Source: a virus (Duplodnaviria > Caudoviricetes). From it: a stretch of 64,000 nt of DNA. Below the pieces are notes generated by a model, which saw only the letters and a list, made by a program, of their open reading frames with translations, was not told where the DNA came from and searched no databases. A program made the position numbers and the translations under genes. This document shows positions 1 through 10,340 of the stretch, in pieces. The stretch lies in the IMG/VR virus record IMGVR_UViG_3300036958_000333, positions 1-64,000 of that record. One strand, given 5' to 3'. How positions within the stretch are numbered: position 1 is the first letter of the stretch; each line of letters starts with the position of its first letter.

Positions 1-965
1 GGTATTATTGTTACAAATAATGGATTGCTTTCTACTAGTATTTTTTGTATATACAATGGTAATTTTTGGAAATAATTTGTTTTAAGTTTTTGTTCTGGAA
101 CTTTATTATGTCTAATTTTTAATAATTCTGGATTATTAGTTATACAATAAAATACAACTTCTTTTTCTGGTTTTTTTATATAAAATATAGAATTTATGTT
201 TTGTTTAACTGCCTCTAATTGAATTTGTAAAGAAGGACTTTCAATATATCGTATTGAATATCCATTTGATATAACTGCAGTCATTTTTAATTTTTCAGAT
301 GGTTTTTCAATAAATTGTATTGAAAAACAGTTTTGTTTAACTGCTTCTAATTGTACTTTTTCGGACGGATTTTTAATATTATTTATTGATAAACCATTTT
401 CTTTGACTGCTTGTAGTTGTAATTTCTCATCAGGGTTTTCAATATGAAATAACGAAAAACCATTTTGTTTAACTGCATATAATTTCATTTGTTCAGTAGG
501 GTTTTTTATATATTGTATTGCATATCCTGATGATTTAATAGCAGCCATTTTTACTTTTAGAGAAGGATTAGATAAAAATTTTATTGATTCTCCATCTCTT
601 TTAACAGCCTCTAATTGTACTTGTTCTGAAGGATTATCAATATATTTTATTGAATAACCTTCGTTTTTAACTGCTTCTAATTTTACTTGTTCAGAAGGAT
701 TTTTAATACATTCTATTGAATAACCATATCGTTTAACTGCCTCTAACTGAATTTGTTCAGAAGGAATTATTCCTTTTTCAACAATAAGTTTAAGTAACCA
801 TGGATATATTCTAACAAATTCAAATTGTACTTTTTCAGAAGGATTAGTGATATATTTTATATTATTCCAATTTTCTATTATTTTATGTATTTGTTCTTTT
901 TCTGATAAATTATCAAAAGATATATTTTTCTTTGTTTCATTTATATAATTAACAAACTTTTTCAT
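1..965 (-). CDS. DUF4116-like 22-aa repeat protein, runs off the window edge (not in ORF track)
   Basis: ATG at 965-963 overlaps the upstream stop (TAATG). Translates MKKFVNYINETKKNISFDNLSEKEQIHKIIENW..., followed by EAVKxNGxSIxYIxNPSE repeats. Confidence 0.85.
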   Translation of the reverse strand, partial: MKKFVNYINETKKNISFDNLSEKEQIHKIIENWNNIKYITNPSEKVQFEFVRIYPWLLKLIVEKGIIPSEQIQLEAVKRYGYSIECIKNPSEQVKLEAVKNEGYSIKYIDNPSEQVQLEAVKRDGESIKFLSNPSLKVKMAAIKSSGYAIQYIKNPTEQMKLYAVKQNGFSLFHIENPDEKLQLQAVKENGLSINNIKNPSEKVQLEAVKQNCFSIQFIEKPSEKLKMTAVISNGYSIRYIESPSLQIQLEAVKQNINSIFYIKKPEKEVVFYCITNNPELLKIRHNKVPEQKLKTNYFQKLPLYIQKILVESNPLFVTII

Positions 966-1338
966 TAAAAAACTCCCATATTTGTTAATCTAAATAAATA
1001 ATCCTTTAAACTTGGATGTAAATTAGGTATTATTGTTACAAATAATGGATTGCTTTCTACTAGTATTTTTTGTATATACAATGGTAATTTTTGGAAATAA
1101 TTTGTTTTAAGTTTTTGTTCTGGAACTTTATTATGTCTAATTTTTAATAATTCTGGATTATTAGTTATACAATAAAATACAACTTCTTTTTCTGGTTTTT
1201 TTATATAAAATATAGAATTTATGTTTTGTTTAACTGCCTCTAATTGAATTTGTAAAGAAGGACTTTCAATATATCGTATTGAATATCCATTTGATATAAC
1301 TGCAGTCATTTTTAATTTTTCAGATGGTTTTTCAATAA
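1..1338. repeat. Direct repeat: 1-313 matches 1026-1338
   Basis: Compared by eye with no mismatch seen until 314/1339. Covers the 3' ends of two adjacent paralogs. Confidence 0.9.
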
Positions 1339-2068
1339 TTTTTATAGCATCTCCAAAATATTTAACAGCTTCTAATTTAACTCGTTCTGATGGATTTTTA
1401 ATATCGTTTATTACTAATCCATTTTGTCTAACAGCTTCTAATTGAACTTGTAAAGAAGGGTTTTTAATATATTGAATTGATTTTCCATATTTTTTAACCG
1501 CTTCTAATTGAACCTGTTCAGAAGGATTAGTTATAAGACGTAATGCAAAACCATTTTGTTTAACGGCTTCTAATTGTATTTGTAAAGAAGGATTTCTAAT
1601 ATATTCTATTGATAAACCATTTTCTTTGACCGCTATCATTTTTAATTCTTCAGAAGGATTATTTATAAATTGTATCGCTCGACCATCTGATTTAACCGCT
1701 TCTAATTTCACTTCTTCAGAAGGATTATCTATAAATTGTATAGAATTTCCTCTTGATTTAACAGCAGCTAATTTTACGTTTTCAGAAATGTTTATTACTA
1801 TTTCAACAAGATCTTTTAATATCCAACCAGAATCTTTAACTGCTTCTAATTGAACTTGTTCCGAAGGGATTATTCCTTTTTCGAGAATAGCTCTAATAGC
1901 CCATCCATGTTCTTTAGCAAATTCTAACTGTACTTTTTCAGAAGGATTAGAAATATATTTCATGTTCCACCATTTTTCTTTTACTTTACGTATTTGTTCT
2001 TTTTCTGATAAACCATCAAGAGATATATGTTTATCTGATTCATTTATATAATTAACAAACTTTTTCAT
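965..2068 (-). CDS. DUF4116-like 22-aa repeat protein
   Basis: Tandem LEAVKxNGxxIxxIxNPSExxx repeats, N-term MKKFVNYINE, C-term IIPNLHPSLK...NMGVF. Confidence 0.85.
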   Translation of the reverse strand: MKKFVNYINESDKHISLDGLSEKEQIRKVKEKWWNMKYISNPSEKVQLEFAKEHGWAIRAILEKGIIPSEQVQLEAVKDSGWILKDLVEIVINISENVKLAAVKSRGNSIQFIDNPSEEVKLEAVKSDGRAIQFINNPSEELKMIAVKENGLSIEYIRNPSLQIQLEAVKQNGFALRLITNPSEQVQLEAVKKYGKSIQYIKNPSLQVQLEAVRQNGLVINDIKNPSERVKLEAVKYFGDAIKIIEKPSEKLKMTAVISNGYSIRYIESPSLQIQLEAVKQNINSIFYIKKPEKEVVFYCITNNPELLKIRHNKVPEQKLKTNYFQKLPLYIQKILVESNPLFVTIIPNLHPSLKDYLFRLTNMGVF

Positions 2069-3363
2069 TAAAATATTCCTCTATTCTTTAAGTTATATAA
2101 TGAATTCTTTAAATTAGAATTCAAATTAGGTATTATTGTTGCAAATAACGGATTACTTTCTATTAACATTTTTTGTATATCGAATGGTAAATTTTGAAAA
2201 TAATTACCTTTAAGTTTTTGATAAGGAAATTGTTTTTGTATAATTTTTAATAATTCTGGATTATTAGTTATACAATAAAATGCTGTTTCATTCTCTGGTT
2301 TTTTTATATAAAATATAGAATTTATATTTTGTTTAACGGCTTCTAATTGAATTTGTAAAGATGGTTTTTCAATATATTGTATTGCAAGACCACAAATTCT
2401 AACAGCAACCAGTTGTATTTTTTCAGATGGATTTTCAATTCCATCTAACGCCCAATATAATTGTTTAACAGCCTCAATCTGTACTTGTTCAGATGGATTT
2501 TTAATAAAACTTATTGACCAACCGTGTTGTTTAACAGCCTTTAGTTTCATTTGTTCTGTTGGATTAGATATATATTGTATTGAACGTCCATTATTTTTAA
2601 TGGCCTCTAATTTTACTTTATCAGAAGGGTTTTTAATATATTTTATTGAATACCCATCTCTCCTAACTGCTTCTAATTTCATTTTTTCAGAAGGATTATT
2701 TATATATTGTATATTATAACCAAATCGTCTAATTGCTTCTAATTTCATTTGTTCGGTAAGATTATTTATATATTTTATTGAAGTAGAATCTTTTTTAATT
2801 GCTTCTAATTTCATTTGTTCAGTAGGATTTTCAATAAATTGTATTGAATAAGCGTGTTTTTTAATAGATTCTAGTTTTAATTGATCTGATGGATTTTTAA
2901 TAAATTGTATTGAAAAACCATTTTGATTAACTGCTTCTAGTTTTATTTGTTCTGATGGATTTTTAATAAATTGTATTGAAAATCCATTTTGCCTAACCGC
3001 TTCTAATTTCATTTGTTCAGTGGGATTAGATATATATTGTATTGAATTTCCATTTTGCCTAACCGCTTCTAATTTCATTTGTTCAGTGGGATTAGATATA
3101 TATTGTATTGATAAACCATTTCGTCTAATCGCTTCTAATTGAACCTGTTCAGATGGTATTATTCCTTTTTCAACAATAAGTTTAAAAAACCATGGATATA
3201 TTCTAACAAATTCAAATTGTACTTTTTCAGAAGGGTTTGTAATATATTTCATATTATACCAATTTTCTATTATTTTATGTATTTGTTCTTTTTCTGATAA
3301 ATGATCATATGATATATTGTCGTATTTATTTGATTCATTTATGTAATTAATAAATTTTTTCAT
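2068..3363 (-). CDS. DUF4116-like 22-aa repeat protein
   Basis: Same architecture with more repeats, including a near-exact 66-bp tandem unit at about 2985-3116. Confidence 0.85.
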   Translation of the reverse strand: MKKFINYINESNKYDNISYDHLSEKEQIHKIIENWYNMKYITNPSEKVQFEFVRIYPWFFKLIVEKGIIPSEQVQLEAIRRNGLSIQYISNPTEQMKLEAVRQNGNSIQYISNPTEQMKLEAVRQNGFSIQFIKNPSEQIKLEAVNQNGFSIQFIKNPSDQLKLESIKKHAYSIQFIENPTEQMKLEAIKKDSTSIKYINNLTEQMKLEAIRRFGYNIQYINNPSEKMKLEAVRRDGYSIKYIKNPSDKVKLEAIKNNGRSIQYISNPTEQMKLKAVKQHGWSISFIKNPSEQVQIEAVKQLYWALDGIENPSEKIQLVAVRICGLAIQYIEKPSLQIQLEAVKQNINSIFYIKKPENETAFYCITNNPELLKIIQKQFPYQKLKGNYFQNLPFDIQKMLIESNPLFATIIPNLNSNLKNSLYNLKNRGIF

Positions 3364-4406
3364 TAAATCAATCCTCTATTTTTAATATTAGTTAATCTAG
3401 TTTTTAAATCAGGATGTAAATTTGGTATTATTGTTTCAAATAATGGGTTACTTTTTATTAACATTTCTTGAATTTCAAATGATAAATCTTGAAAGTAATT
3501 TATTGGAAGTTTTCGATTTCGACCCTTTTTATTTTTAACTTTTAATAAATATGGATCATTAGTTATGCAATAAAATGAAACTTCTGGTTCTGGTTTTTTT
3601 ATATAAAATATATTTAATATATCTTGTTTAACAGATTCTAATTGAGATGATAAAACTGGATTTCTAATATATCTTATCAAATTACCATCAATTTTAATAA
3701 TAAATAATTGTACTTTTTCGGTAGGTTTTTTAATATATTGTATCGACCAACGATTTTGTTTAATTGATTCTAATTGTATTTGTTCTGATGGATTTTTAAT
3801 GTGTTCTATTGCAAAACCGTTTTGTTTAACTGCTTTTAATTTCATTTGTTCTGTTGGATTTTTAATGTGTTCTATTGCAAAACCGTCTTGTTTAATAGCA
3901 ATTAACTTCATTTCTTCAGAAGGATTAGGAATATATTGTATTGAACTTCCTTTTTGTTTAACTGCTTCTAATTTCATTTGTTCTGTTGGATTAGATATAT
4001 ATTGTATTGAAAAACCATTGCTTTTAACAGCTTTTAGTTTCATTTGTTCTGTTGGATTAGGAATATATTGTATTGAATTTCCATTTTGTTTAATTGCTTC
4101 TAATTTTACTTTTTCAGAAGGAATTATTCCTTTATCAATAATGTCTTTTATTGATAAACCATGTCTTTTAACCGCTTCTAATTGAACTTGTTCTGAAATA
4201 TTTATTTTTTTTTCAATAATAAGTTTAAACGCCCATGGATGATATTTGATAAATTCTAATTGTACTTTTTTAGAAGGATTAGTAATATACCTCATGTTTA
4301 TATAATGTTGCATTATTTTATATATTTGTTCTTTTTCTGGCAAATGATCATATGATATATTACTATGTTCATTTAACTCATTTATGTAATTAATAAACTT
4401 TTTCAT
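3363..4406 (-). CDS. DUF4116-like 22-aa repeat protein
   Basis: Same architecture, TAATG-coupled to the next gene. Confidence 0.85.
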   Translation of the reverse strand: MKKFINYINELNEHSNISYDHLPEKEQIYKIMQHYINMRYITNPSKKVQLEFIKYHPWAFKLIIEKKINISEQVQLEAVKRHGLSIKDIIDKGIIPSEKVKLEAIKQNGNSIQYIPNPTEQMKLKAVKSNGFSIQYISNPTEQMKLEAVKQKGSSIQYIPNPSEEMKLIAIKQDGFAIEHIKNPTEQMKLKAVKQNGFAIEHIKNPSEQIQLESIKQNRWSIQYIKKPTEKVQLFIIKIDGNLIRYIRNPVLSSQLESVKQDILNIFYIKKPEPEVSFYCITNDPYLLKVKNKKGRNRKLPINYFQDLSFEIQEMLIKSNPLFETIIPNLHPDLKTRLTNIKNRGLI

Positions 4407-4470
4407 TTATCTTATTTTCTTTAATTAAAAAAATTACTAATATTATATATTAATCTAATCTATTTTATTT

Positions 4471-5100
4471 ATGAAAATGAAACTAGAAAAAAGATTATTG
4501 TGTAGAAACCTAAGAAATCAAGGATATACGATTTCTAAAATAAATCAAATTACTGGATTTTCCAAAGGATCTATTTCTAATTGGTGTAGCGATATTGATG
4601 TAAATAATGGAAATAATGGAAAAATTTTGAGAAAAAAATATAAAGAAAAAAGAATTAGATATCAAAATCAATGTATTAAAAAAATGACTGAAACTGATTA
4701 TATTGCTGGATGTATGCTCTATTGGGCAGAAGGAAAAAAGTCTAAAAATAAAATTTGTTTTGTTAATTCTGATATTCATATGATAAAATTATTTATTTCT
4801 TTTTTAATAAAATATTTTAATATAAACATCGAAAAATTAACAATATCTATAAATTGTCATACAACTAATGGAATAAGTCTTGAAGAAATAGAAAACTATT
4901 GGATAACTAATCTTGGATTAAAAAGAAATAATATTAGAAAAGGAACAACAAATAATTATCCAATAAGTTCTAAAAGATTAAAAATAAATAAACTTCCATA
5001 TGGAACATGTAGCTTATCATATAATGATGTAAAAGTAGTTCAAGAAATATATGGTGCAATACAAAAATATGGAAATTTTATAAATGATGAATGGTCATAA
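4471..5100 (+). CDS. HTH plus LAGLIDADG-like putative homing endonuclease, tRNA-adjacent
   Basis: N-term HTH (LRNQGYTISKINQITGFSKGSISNW), then AGCMLYWAEG...FVNSDIHMIKLFISFL. Ends 4 bp from a tRNA 3' end. Confidence 0.6.
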   Translation: MKMKLEKRLLCRNLRNQGYTISKINQITGFSKGSISNWCSDIDVNNGNNGKILRKKYKEKRIRYQNQCIKKMTETDYIAGCMLYWAEGKKSKNKICFVNSDIHMIKLFISFLIKYFNINIEKLTISINCHTTNGISLEEIENYWITNLGLKRNNIRKGTTNNYPISSKRLKINKLPYGTCSLSYNDVKVVQEIYGAIQKYGNFINDEWS

Positions 5101-5104
5101 AAAA

Positions 5105-5179
5105 TGGTGCACCTGGCTAGAATCGAACTAGCACTCAAGGCCTTATAAGGACCCTGCTTTACCATTAAGCTACAGGTGC
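5105..5179 (-). tRNA. trnI: tRNA-Ile, anticodon UAU
   Basis: GCACCTG/CAGGTGC acceptor stem, encoded CCA, anticodon loop CT-TAT-AA, T-arm GCTAG-TTCGATT-CTAGC. Confidence 0.9.
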
Positions 5180-5194
5180 ATATTCATTTTATAA

Positions 5195-5680
5195 TTATAT
5201 ATTTAAATAACGCTTAAAAATAAATTCTAGTTTTATTTGTTCAGAAGGATTAGTTATATATTGTATTGCAGAATCATCTTCTTTAATGGCTTCTAGTTTT
5301 ATTTCTTCAGAAGGATTAATTATATATTGTATTGCATGCCCATTATTTTTAACGGCTTCTAGTTTTATTTGTTCAGAAGGATTAGTTATATATTGTATCG
5401 CATAACCATTATTTTTAACAGCTTCTAGTTTTATTTGTTCAGAAGGATTAATTATATATTGTATTGCATTCCCGTTTTGTTTAACTGCTTCTAATTGTAC
5501 TTGTTCAGAAGGGATTATTCCTTTTTCAATAATAAGATTAATATTAAGTGGATATTTTTTAACGAATTCTAATTGTACTTTTTCAGAAGGGTTTGTAATA
5601 TATTTCATATTATACCATCGTTCTTTTATTTTACATATTTGTTCTTCTTCCAATAATTGATTTAATGGAATATGTTTCAT
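5195..5680 (-). pseudogene. Truncated DUF4116-like repeat gene
   Basis: Repeats stop abruptly. It lacks both the C-terminal cap and the MKKF N-terminus of its paralogs. Confidence 0.65.
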
Positions 5681-5826
5681 ATAACTATCCTTTATTTTTT
5701 TATTATTGAACTATCATTTAGCTCATATTTATTTTATAATTATATAATAATTATATTTTAAATACCGCTTAAAATTCGTTTGTTTTTTTATCAAACAGTA
5801 TTATATAAGGAAATTTTTTATCTTAT

Positions 5827-6339
5827 TTGTTAAGAAAATATCGTTCTCCTATTGAAACAAATGCTCTTATTCATCAATTAATATATACTTATAAAAGATT
5901 ACAAAAAGAAAATTATTCTAACTTAGAAAATATTAGTTTATTTGAACTTATTGATAAAACGACTAGTAAAGATATGTTAAATTTTGTTCTTAGGACTTCT
6001 GAAAAATTACAAAAGTATTATATACATAGATTAAATAAAGAGGGCATACCGATTAGAAAAATAGGAAAGTCTAGTTTGGGTAAACTTAGATGGCCAAAAA
6101 ATTATAGAGATAAAAACTATATCAGATTATATATATTTGATAAAGAAACAAAAAATAAAATAGATAGTTTAATGAAATATCCTCAAAAAGAATTAGAAAA
6201 ATCATTAAAATTTATAATAAAAACACAAGAAGATTTTATTAAACTTTCCGAAGCCAATCCATCTAAATATGAAAAACCTAATGATTTTTTAAATAAAATA
6301 TCTACAAAATTTAATTTTTATAAAAAAAAGAATAAATAA
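5827..6339 (+). pseudogene. C-terminal half of HExxH-family protein
   Basis: TTG start, begins at RSPIETNALIHQL, matches the second half of 6375-7397, has no HEFTH. Confidence 0.7.
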
Positions 6340-6374
6340 TATTTTTTGTTTTTATAATAAATATATTAGGAATT

Positions 6375-7397
6375 ATGAAAACTTTTAAGCAATATTATTT
6401 AAATGAAGCATATTATCAATTTTCAGATGAAGATTTAATTAAAATTACCAATTATATTTATAATAGATTTAAAAAAATGATTATAGAAGAAAAATATAGT
6501 GATAATTTTAATTCTTTATGGGAATATAATAAAAATGAAAAAAAACCTAAATTAATAGAAATCAAAGATGATTTTGATGAAATAAATGTCGATAAAAAAA
6601 TTCCAATTAGATTTTTTTTAATAATTAATTTTTTAAATTATATTGATGTATATGGCAAAGCTACTGGAAATAAGTCTATTGTGATTTATTTAAATATTTT
6701 ATCATTAGATCATTTTATAAAAAATGATGAAAAAGTTAAATTTAAAATTAAAGATTTTTTAATTCATGAATTTACTCATATATTTGATAATTTAAATTAT
6801 GGATATTATTCATGGTTAAATAAATTTATTAAATTAAAGTATAAATTAGATAAATTAGATGTTTATGAAGATGAAGAAAATTTTTCTACATATAGGTTAA
6901 AACAATATCGTACTGATGAAGAAACAAACGCCATGATTCACCAGTTAATATATGGTTATAAACAATTACAAAAAGAAAATTATCCTAACTTAGAAAATAT
7001 TAGTTTGTTTGAACTTATTAATAAAATAAGAAACCCACTTATATTAAATTTTGTTCTTTCGTCTTCTCTAAAATTACAAAAGTATTATATACGTAGATTA
7101 AATAAAGAAGGAATACCAATTAGAAGAATTGGAACTCCTCCTAGATTAGGAAAAATTAATTGGGTAAAAACCAGACAAGAAGAAAATTTTATTAGATCAT
7201 ATATATTTGATAAAGAAACAAAAAATAAAATAGATAGTTTAATGAAATATCCTAAAGAAAAATTAGAAATGTCATTAAGATCTATAATAAAAACAAAAGA
7301 AGATTTACAAAAACTTAAGAAGCTTATAGATGCTATTCCGTCAAAATATGGAAAACTTAATGATTTTTATAATAAAATATCTAAAAATTTTTATTAA
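6375..7397 (+). CDS. HExxH zincin-like protein with MKTFKQYYLNE leader
   Basis: LIHEFTHIFD plus downstream EETNA (possible third ligand). Confidence 0.7.
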   Translation: MKTFKQYYLNEAYYQFSDEDLIKITNYIYNRFKKMIIEEKYSDNFNSLWEYNKNEKKPKLIEIKDDFDEINVDKKIPIRFFLIINFLNYIDVYGKATGNKSIVIYLNILSLDHFIKNDEKVKFKIKDFLIHEFTHIFDNLNYGYYSWLNKFIKLKYKLDKLDVYEDEENFSTYRLKQYRTDEETNAMIHQLIYGYKQLQKENYPNLENISLFELINKIRNPLILNFVLSSSLKLQKYYIRRLNKEGIPIRRIGTPPRLGKINWVKTRQEENFIRSYIFDKETKNKIDSLMKYPKEKLEMSLRSIIKTKEDLQKLKKLIDAIPSKYGKLNDFYNKISKNFY

Positions 7398-7510
7398 ATA
7401 ATTAACAAAACTTTTAAACATAAAAATAAATTTATATAATTATATTTTGTATAAAAATATATAAATATAATAAATATAAATATAAATTAATTATAATAAA
7501 GGAATTAAAA

Positions 7511-8446
7511 GTGAAAACTTTTAAACAATATTATTTAAACGAAGCATATTATCAAATGATAGACGAAGATCTAGATAAAATCGTTAATTATATTTATGAT
7601 AAATACAAAAAAATGATTATAGAAAATAAAGATGAAAATATTTTTGATACTGAATGGAAATATGAAAATGATAAAATTAATACGACTGATTCTCCAAAAT
7701 ACAATAAACCTAGGCTTGTAAAAATTTATCCAGAAAAAATTTATTATGGTAAAAATAATATTCTTTTTTTATTATATTTAGATGACAAAGACAACATAAA
7801 TATTAATATATTTAGATTAGATAAAAACGCTAGAAATTTTTATATAAATGGAAGTGGTGGAAATGGTCAAATTTCAATTGAATTATTTGTTATTTCACAT
7901 GATTATTTTATAAAACATGAAAAAGAAATAAAAGTTTCAATTGAAGATGTTTTAGTTCATGAATTTACACATGCTTTTGATTTTGTTTCACTATACGATT
8001 ATTTTAATTCTAAAGAAGTTAAAAAATTAGTAAGTAAAGATAAAGATTCATATAATTCTTTTCTTTTAAAACTGTATCGTTCTACTATTGAAACAAATGC
8101 TCTTATTCATCAATTAATATATGCTTATAAAAGATTACAAAAAGAAAATTATCCTAATCTAAAAAATATTAGTTTATTTGAACTTGCTGATAAAACAATA
8201 AATTCAAAAATAATTAATTTTGTTATAGTATCTTCTCCAAGATTGCAAAAATATTATATACATAGACTAAATAGAGAAGGTATACCAATTAGTAAAATTG
8301 GAACTTCTAAATATTCATTTAAAGAACTCAAAGATATTTATGATAAATTTAAGAATGATATTCCTAGTATAGATCGTCAATTTAAAATTATAAAAAGAAC
8401 ATTAAATAAACTAAAATATAGAGATAATAAAAATATTATGATTTAA
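7511..8446 (+). CDS. HExxH zincin-like protein, paralog
   Basis: GTG start, MKTFKQYYLNE leader, LVHEFTHAFD, IETNA. Confidence 0.7.
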   Translation: MKTFKQYYLNEAYYQMIDEDLDKIVNYIYDKYKKMIIENKDENIFDTEWKYENDKINTTDSPKYNKPRLVKIYPEKIYYGKNNILFLLYLDDKDNININIFRLDKNARNFYINGSGGNGQISIELFVISHDYFIKHEKEIKVSIEDVLVHEFTHAFDFVSLYDYFNSKEVKKLVSKDKDSYNSFLLKLYRSTIETNALIHQLIYAYKRLQKENYPNLKNISLFELADKTINSKIINFVIVSSPRLQKYYIHRLNREGIPISKIGTSKYSFKELKDIYDKFKNDIPSIDRQFKIIKRTLNKLKYRDNKNIMI

Positions 8447-8642
8447 ACAATATTATTTAAATGAAACTTATCATCAAATATTAGATGAAGATTTAGATAT
8501 AATTGTTGATTATATTTATAATAGATTTTCATATTTAGTTAAAAACAATAAAGAAAAAGATTTTTTTTATTCTTTATGGGAATATAATGTTAACGAAAAG
8601 AAAGCCAAATTAATACAAATAGATAATAATAACTTTATTTAA
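8438..8642 (+). pseudogene. N-terminal remnant of a fourth HExxH paralog
   Basis: ATG-A-TTT-AAA-CAA (out of frame), then FKQYYLNETYHQILDEDLDIIVDYIYNRF...SLWEYN, stop at 8640-8642. Confidence 0.75.
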
Positions 8643-8763
8643 TTTACTCTTTTAGATCTCCATTTCCACATTTTTCTTATGAAGATATAAAAAAACTAAT
8701 CGAAATCATTAAAACTTTAGAAAATATCAATAAAGAATATTTAATTAAATTAGAAAATTAATA

Positions 8764-9291
8764 TTATGATATTTTTTTTTCTAATTCTTCTAATTTTAAA
8801 TTTAATCTTTTTATTTCATTAATGATTTCTTCTCTTTCTATATTAAATTTAGATTCTTTTAATGAAAGATTAATATAATCTAATCTTTTAATTTTATTAA
8901 TAAATTCTTTATCTATATTCTCATCGTCTAATATTTCTTCCTTTTCCGGTATATTTATTGTTATTGGAGTTATATATTCTTTTGATTCTATTTTAATGGT
9001 TATCAACAAATTTGGATCAAAAACGTTTTCTGGGAACTCAAAATCTGAATTAAACCACGGGTTTTTATATCTTCTTGTATATTCTACAAGAAAAGGGTTG
9101 TTTATTTTCCATTCTCTATTTTCTTCATTTAAAGTTAATATATAGCGTTCTTTTTTATTATCAATATAGTTAGCAAAATATCTTTGTATTTTTAATATTT
9201 TATTTTCTTGTAAATGATATAATCCATACTGTATTTTTTTTGTCTTATATCCTTCAAAAATTTTCATTGATTTTTTAAATATTTTCATCAT
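8764..9291 (-). CDS. Hypothetical protein
   Basis: 175-aa ORF in a co-oriented run. Confidence 0.65.
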   Translation of the reverse strand: MMKIFKKSMKIFEGYKTKKIQYGLYHLQENKILKIQRYFANYIDNKKERYILTLNEENREWKINNPFLVEYTRRYKNPWFNSDFEFPENVFDPNLLITIKIESKEYITPITINIPEKEEILDDENIDKEFINKIKRLDYINLSLKESKFNIEREEIINEIKRLNLKLEELEKKIS

Positions 9292-9598
9292 CCTTCTCCA
9301 ATTCTTTTTTTGCTATTTCATCCCAATTATACGGAAAATTTTCCTCTATATTGTATGCGTAATTAACACATTCTTCATTATTATCGTCAAATTCTATATT
9401 GACAGATATATAATCTCCAAAGTCGTGTGGATTTGATTTTATTTTAAACTTACATCCAAATGGTGGTTCTCCAAACTGTCTTTTTAACTGTCCTATCAAT
9501 GCCTTAGCTTCTTTTCTTGATTTTTGATAATAATTTTCACACCCAACCTGAGTACATTCTTCGTCTAACGGAACCGGATCGAAAACCAAATAATCCAT
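9275..9598 (-). CDS. Phage-type hypothetical protein
   Basis: PVPLDEECTQVG...NPHDFGDY motifs, AGGAG RBS. Confidence 0.7.
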   Translation of the reverse strand: MDYLVFDPVPLDEECTQVGCENYYQKSRKEAKALIGQLKRQFGEPPFGCKFKIKSNPHDFGDYISVNIEFDDNNEECVNYAYNIEENFPYNWDEIAKKELEKDDENI

Positions 9599-9691
9599 AA
9601 TATTTCTCCTTTTTATTTATATTTTCCTTGAATATAAAACATAATTAAAATTATAAATACTGCAATTATATTAATGACTAACGAACAATTA

Positions 9692-10129
9692 TTATAATAA
9701 ATTTTCATCTGCGAAGGAATAATATTTTTCATCTCCAATTATTATATGATCTAACAATTTAACATTAAATATTTCAGATGCTTCTTTTAATGTCTCTATA
9801 TTTTCAGTATCATTTATACTAGGGTTTACATCTCCAGAAGGATGATTATGTGCTGTTATAATTTTATTTGAATTTGATTCTATTACAGCTTTTAATATAT
9901 CTCTTGGTTCTGAAAAAACACAATCGGATGTTCCAATAGAAACAGGATAAATACAATTTATATGATTTTTATTATCTAAACATAATACTAGATATATCTC
10001 TTTATCAGAATCTTGAATAAGATCTTTTATCAATTCAAATGCTTCTTTAGAAGAAGAAACTGTTCTTTTATAATACTTATGATCCTTGTCTTTTACCATT
10101 TTTATCGAAACTATTGGTATCTTATACAT
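9692..10129 (-). CDS. radC: RadC-like JAB/MPN domain protein
   Basis: E...AHNHPSGDVNPSIND...LLDHIIIG. Confidence 0.9.
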   Translation of the reverse strand: MYKIPIVSIKMVKDKDHKYYKRTVSSSKEAFELIKDLIQDSDKEIYLVLCLDNKNHINCIYPVSIGTSDCVFSEPRDILKAVIESNSNKIITAHNHPSGDVNPSINDTENIETLKEASEIFNVKLLDHIIIGDEKYYSFADENLL

Positions 10130-10148
10130 TTCTTTTTCTTTTTCTATA

Positions 10149-10340
10149 TTAATCTAATAATAATTTTATCTTATTAATCAAATCGCTTATTTTTAATGAT
10201 AATTCATAATCTTCATGACCATGATCAGATAGCCAATCTCTATTTGATAATTCTCGATTAGCTTGAGCAGTATTAGCTTCTCGAGCTGCTATTAAATTTC
10301 TTAATTCTAAAAACATAAGATCTTTCTTTGATTCGTTCAT
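10149..10340 (-). CDS. Hypothetical protein
   Basis: 63-aa ORF overlapping the upstream stop. Confidence 0.55.
   Translation of the reverse strand: MNESKKDLMFLELRNLIAAREANTAQANRELSNRDWLSDHGHEDYELSLKISDLINKIKLLLD

Noticed and set aside
1-1338. Diversity-generating retroelement TR/VR pair
   Set aside because: The two copies show no adenine-specific mismatches, both lie in coding paralogs, and no reverse transcriptase is in the window.
965-5680. CRISPR array suggested by 66-bp periodicity
   Set aside because: The period is a 22-aa coding repeat in open frames, with no constant repeat and unique spacer structure.
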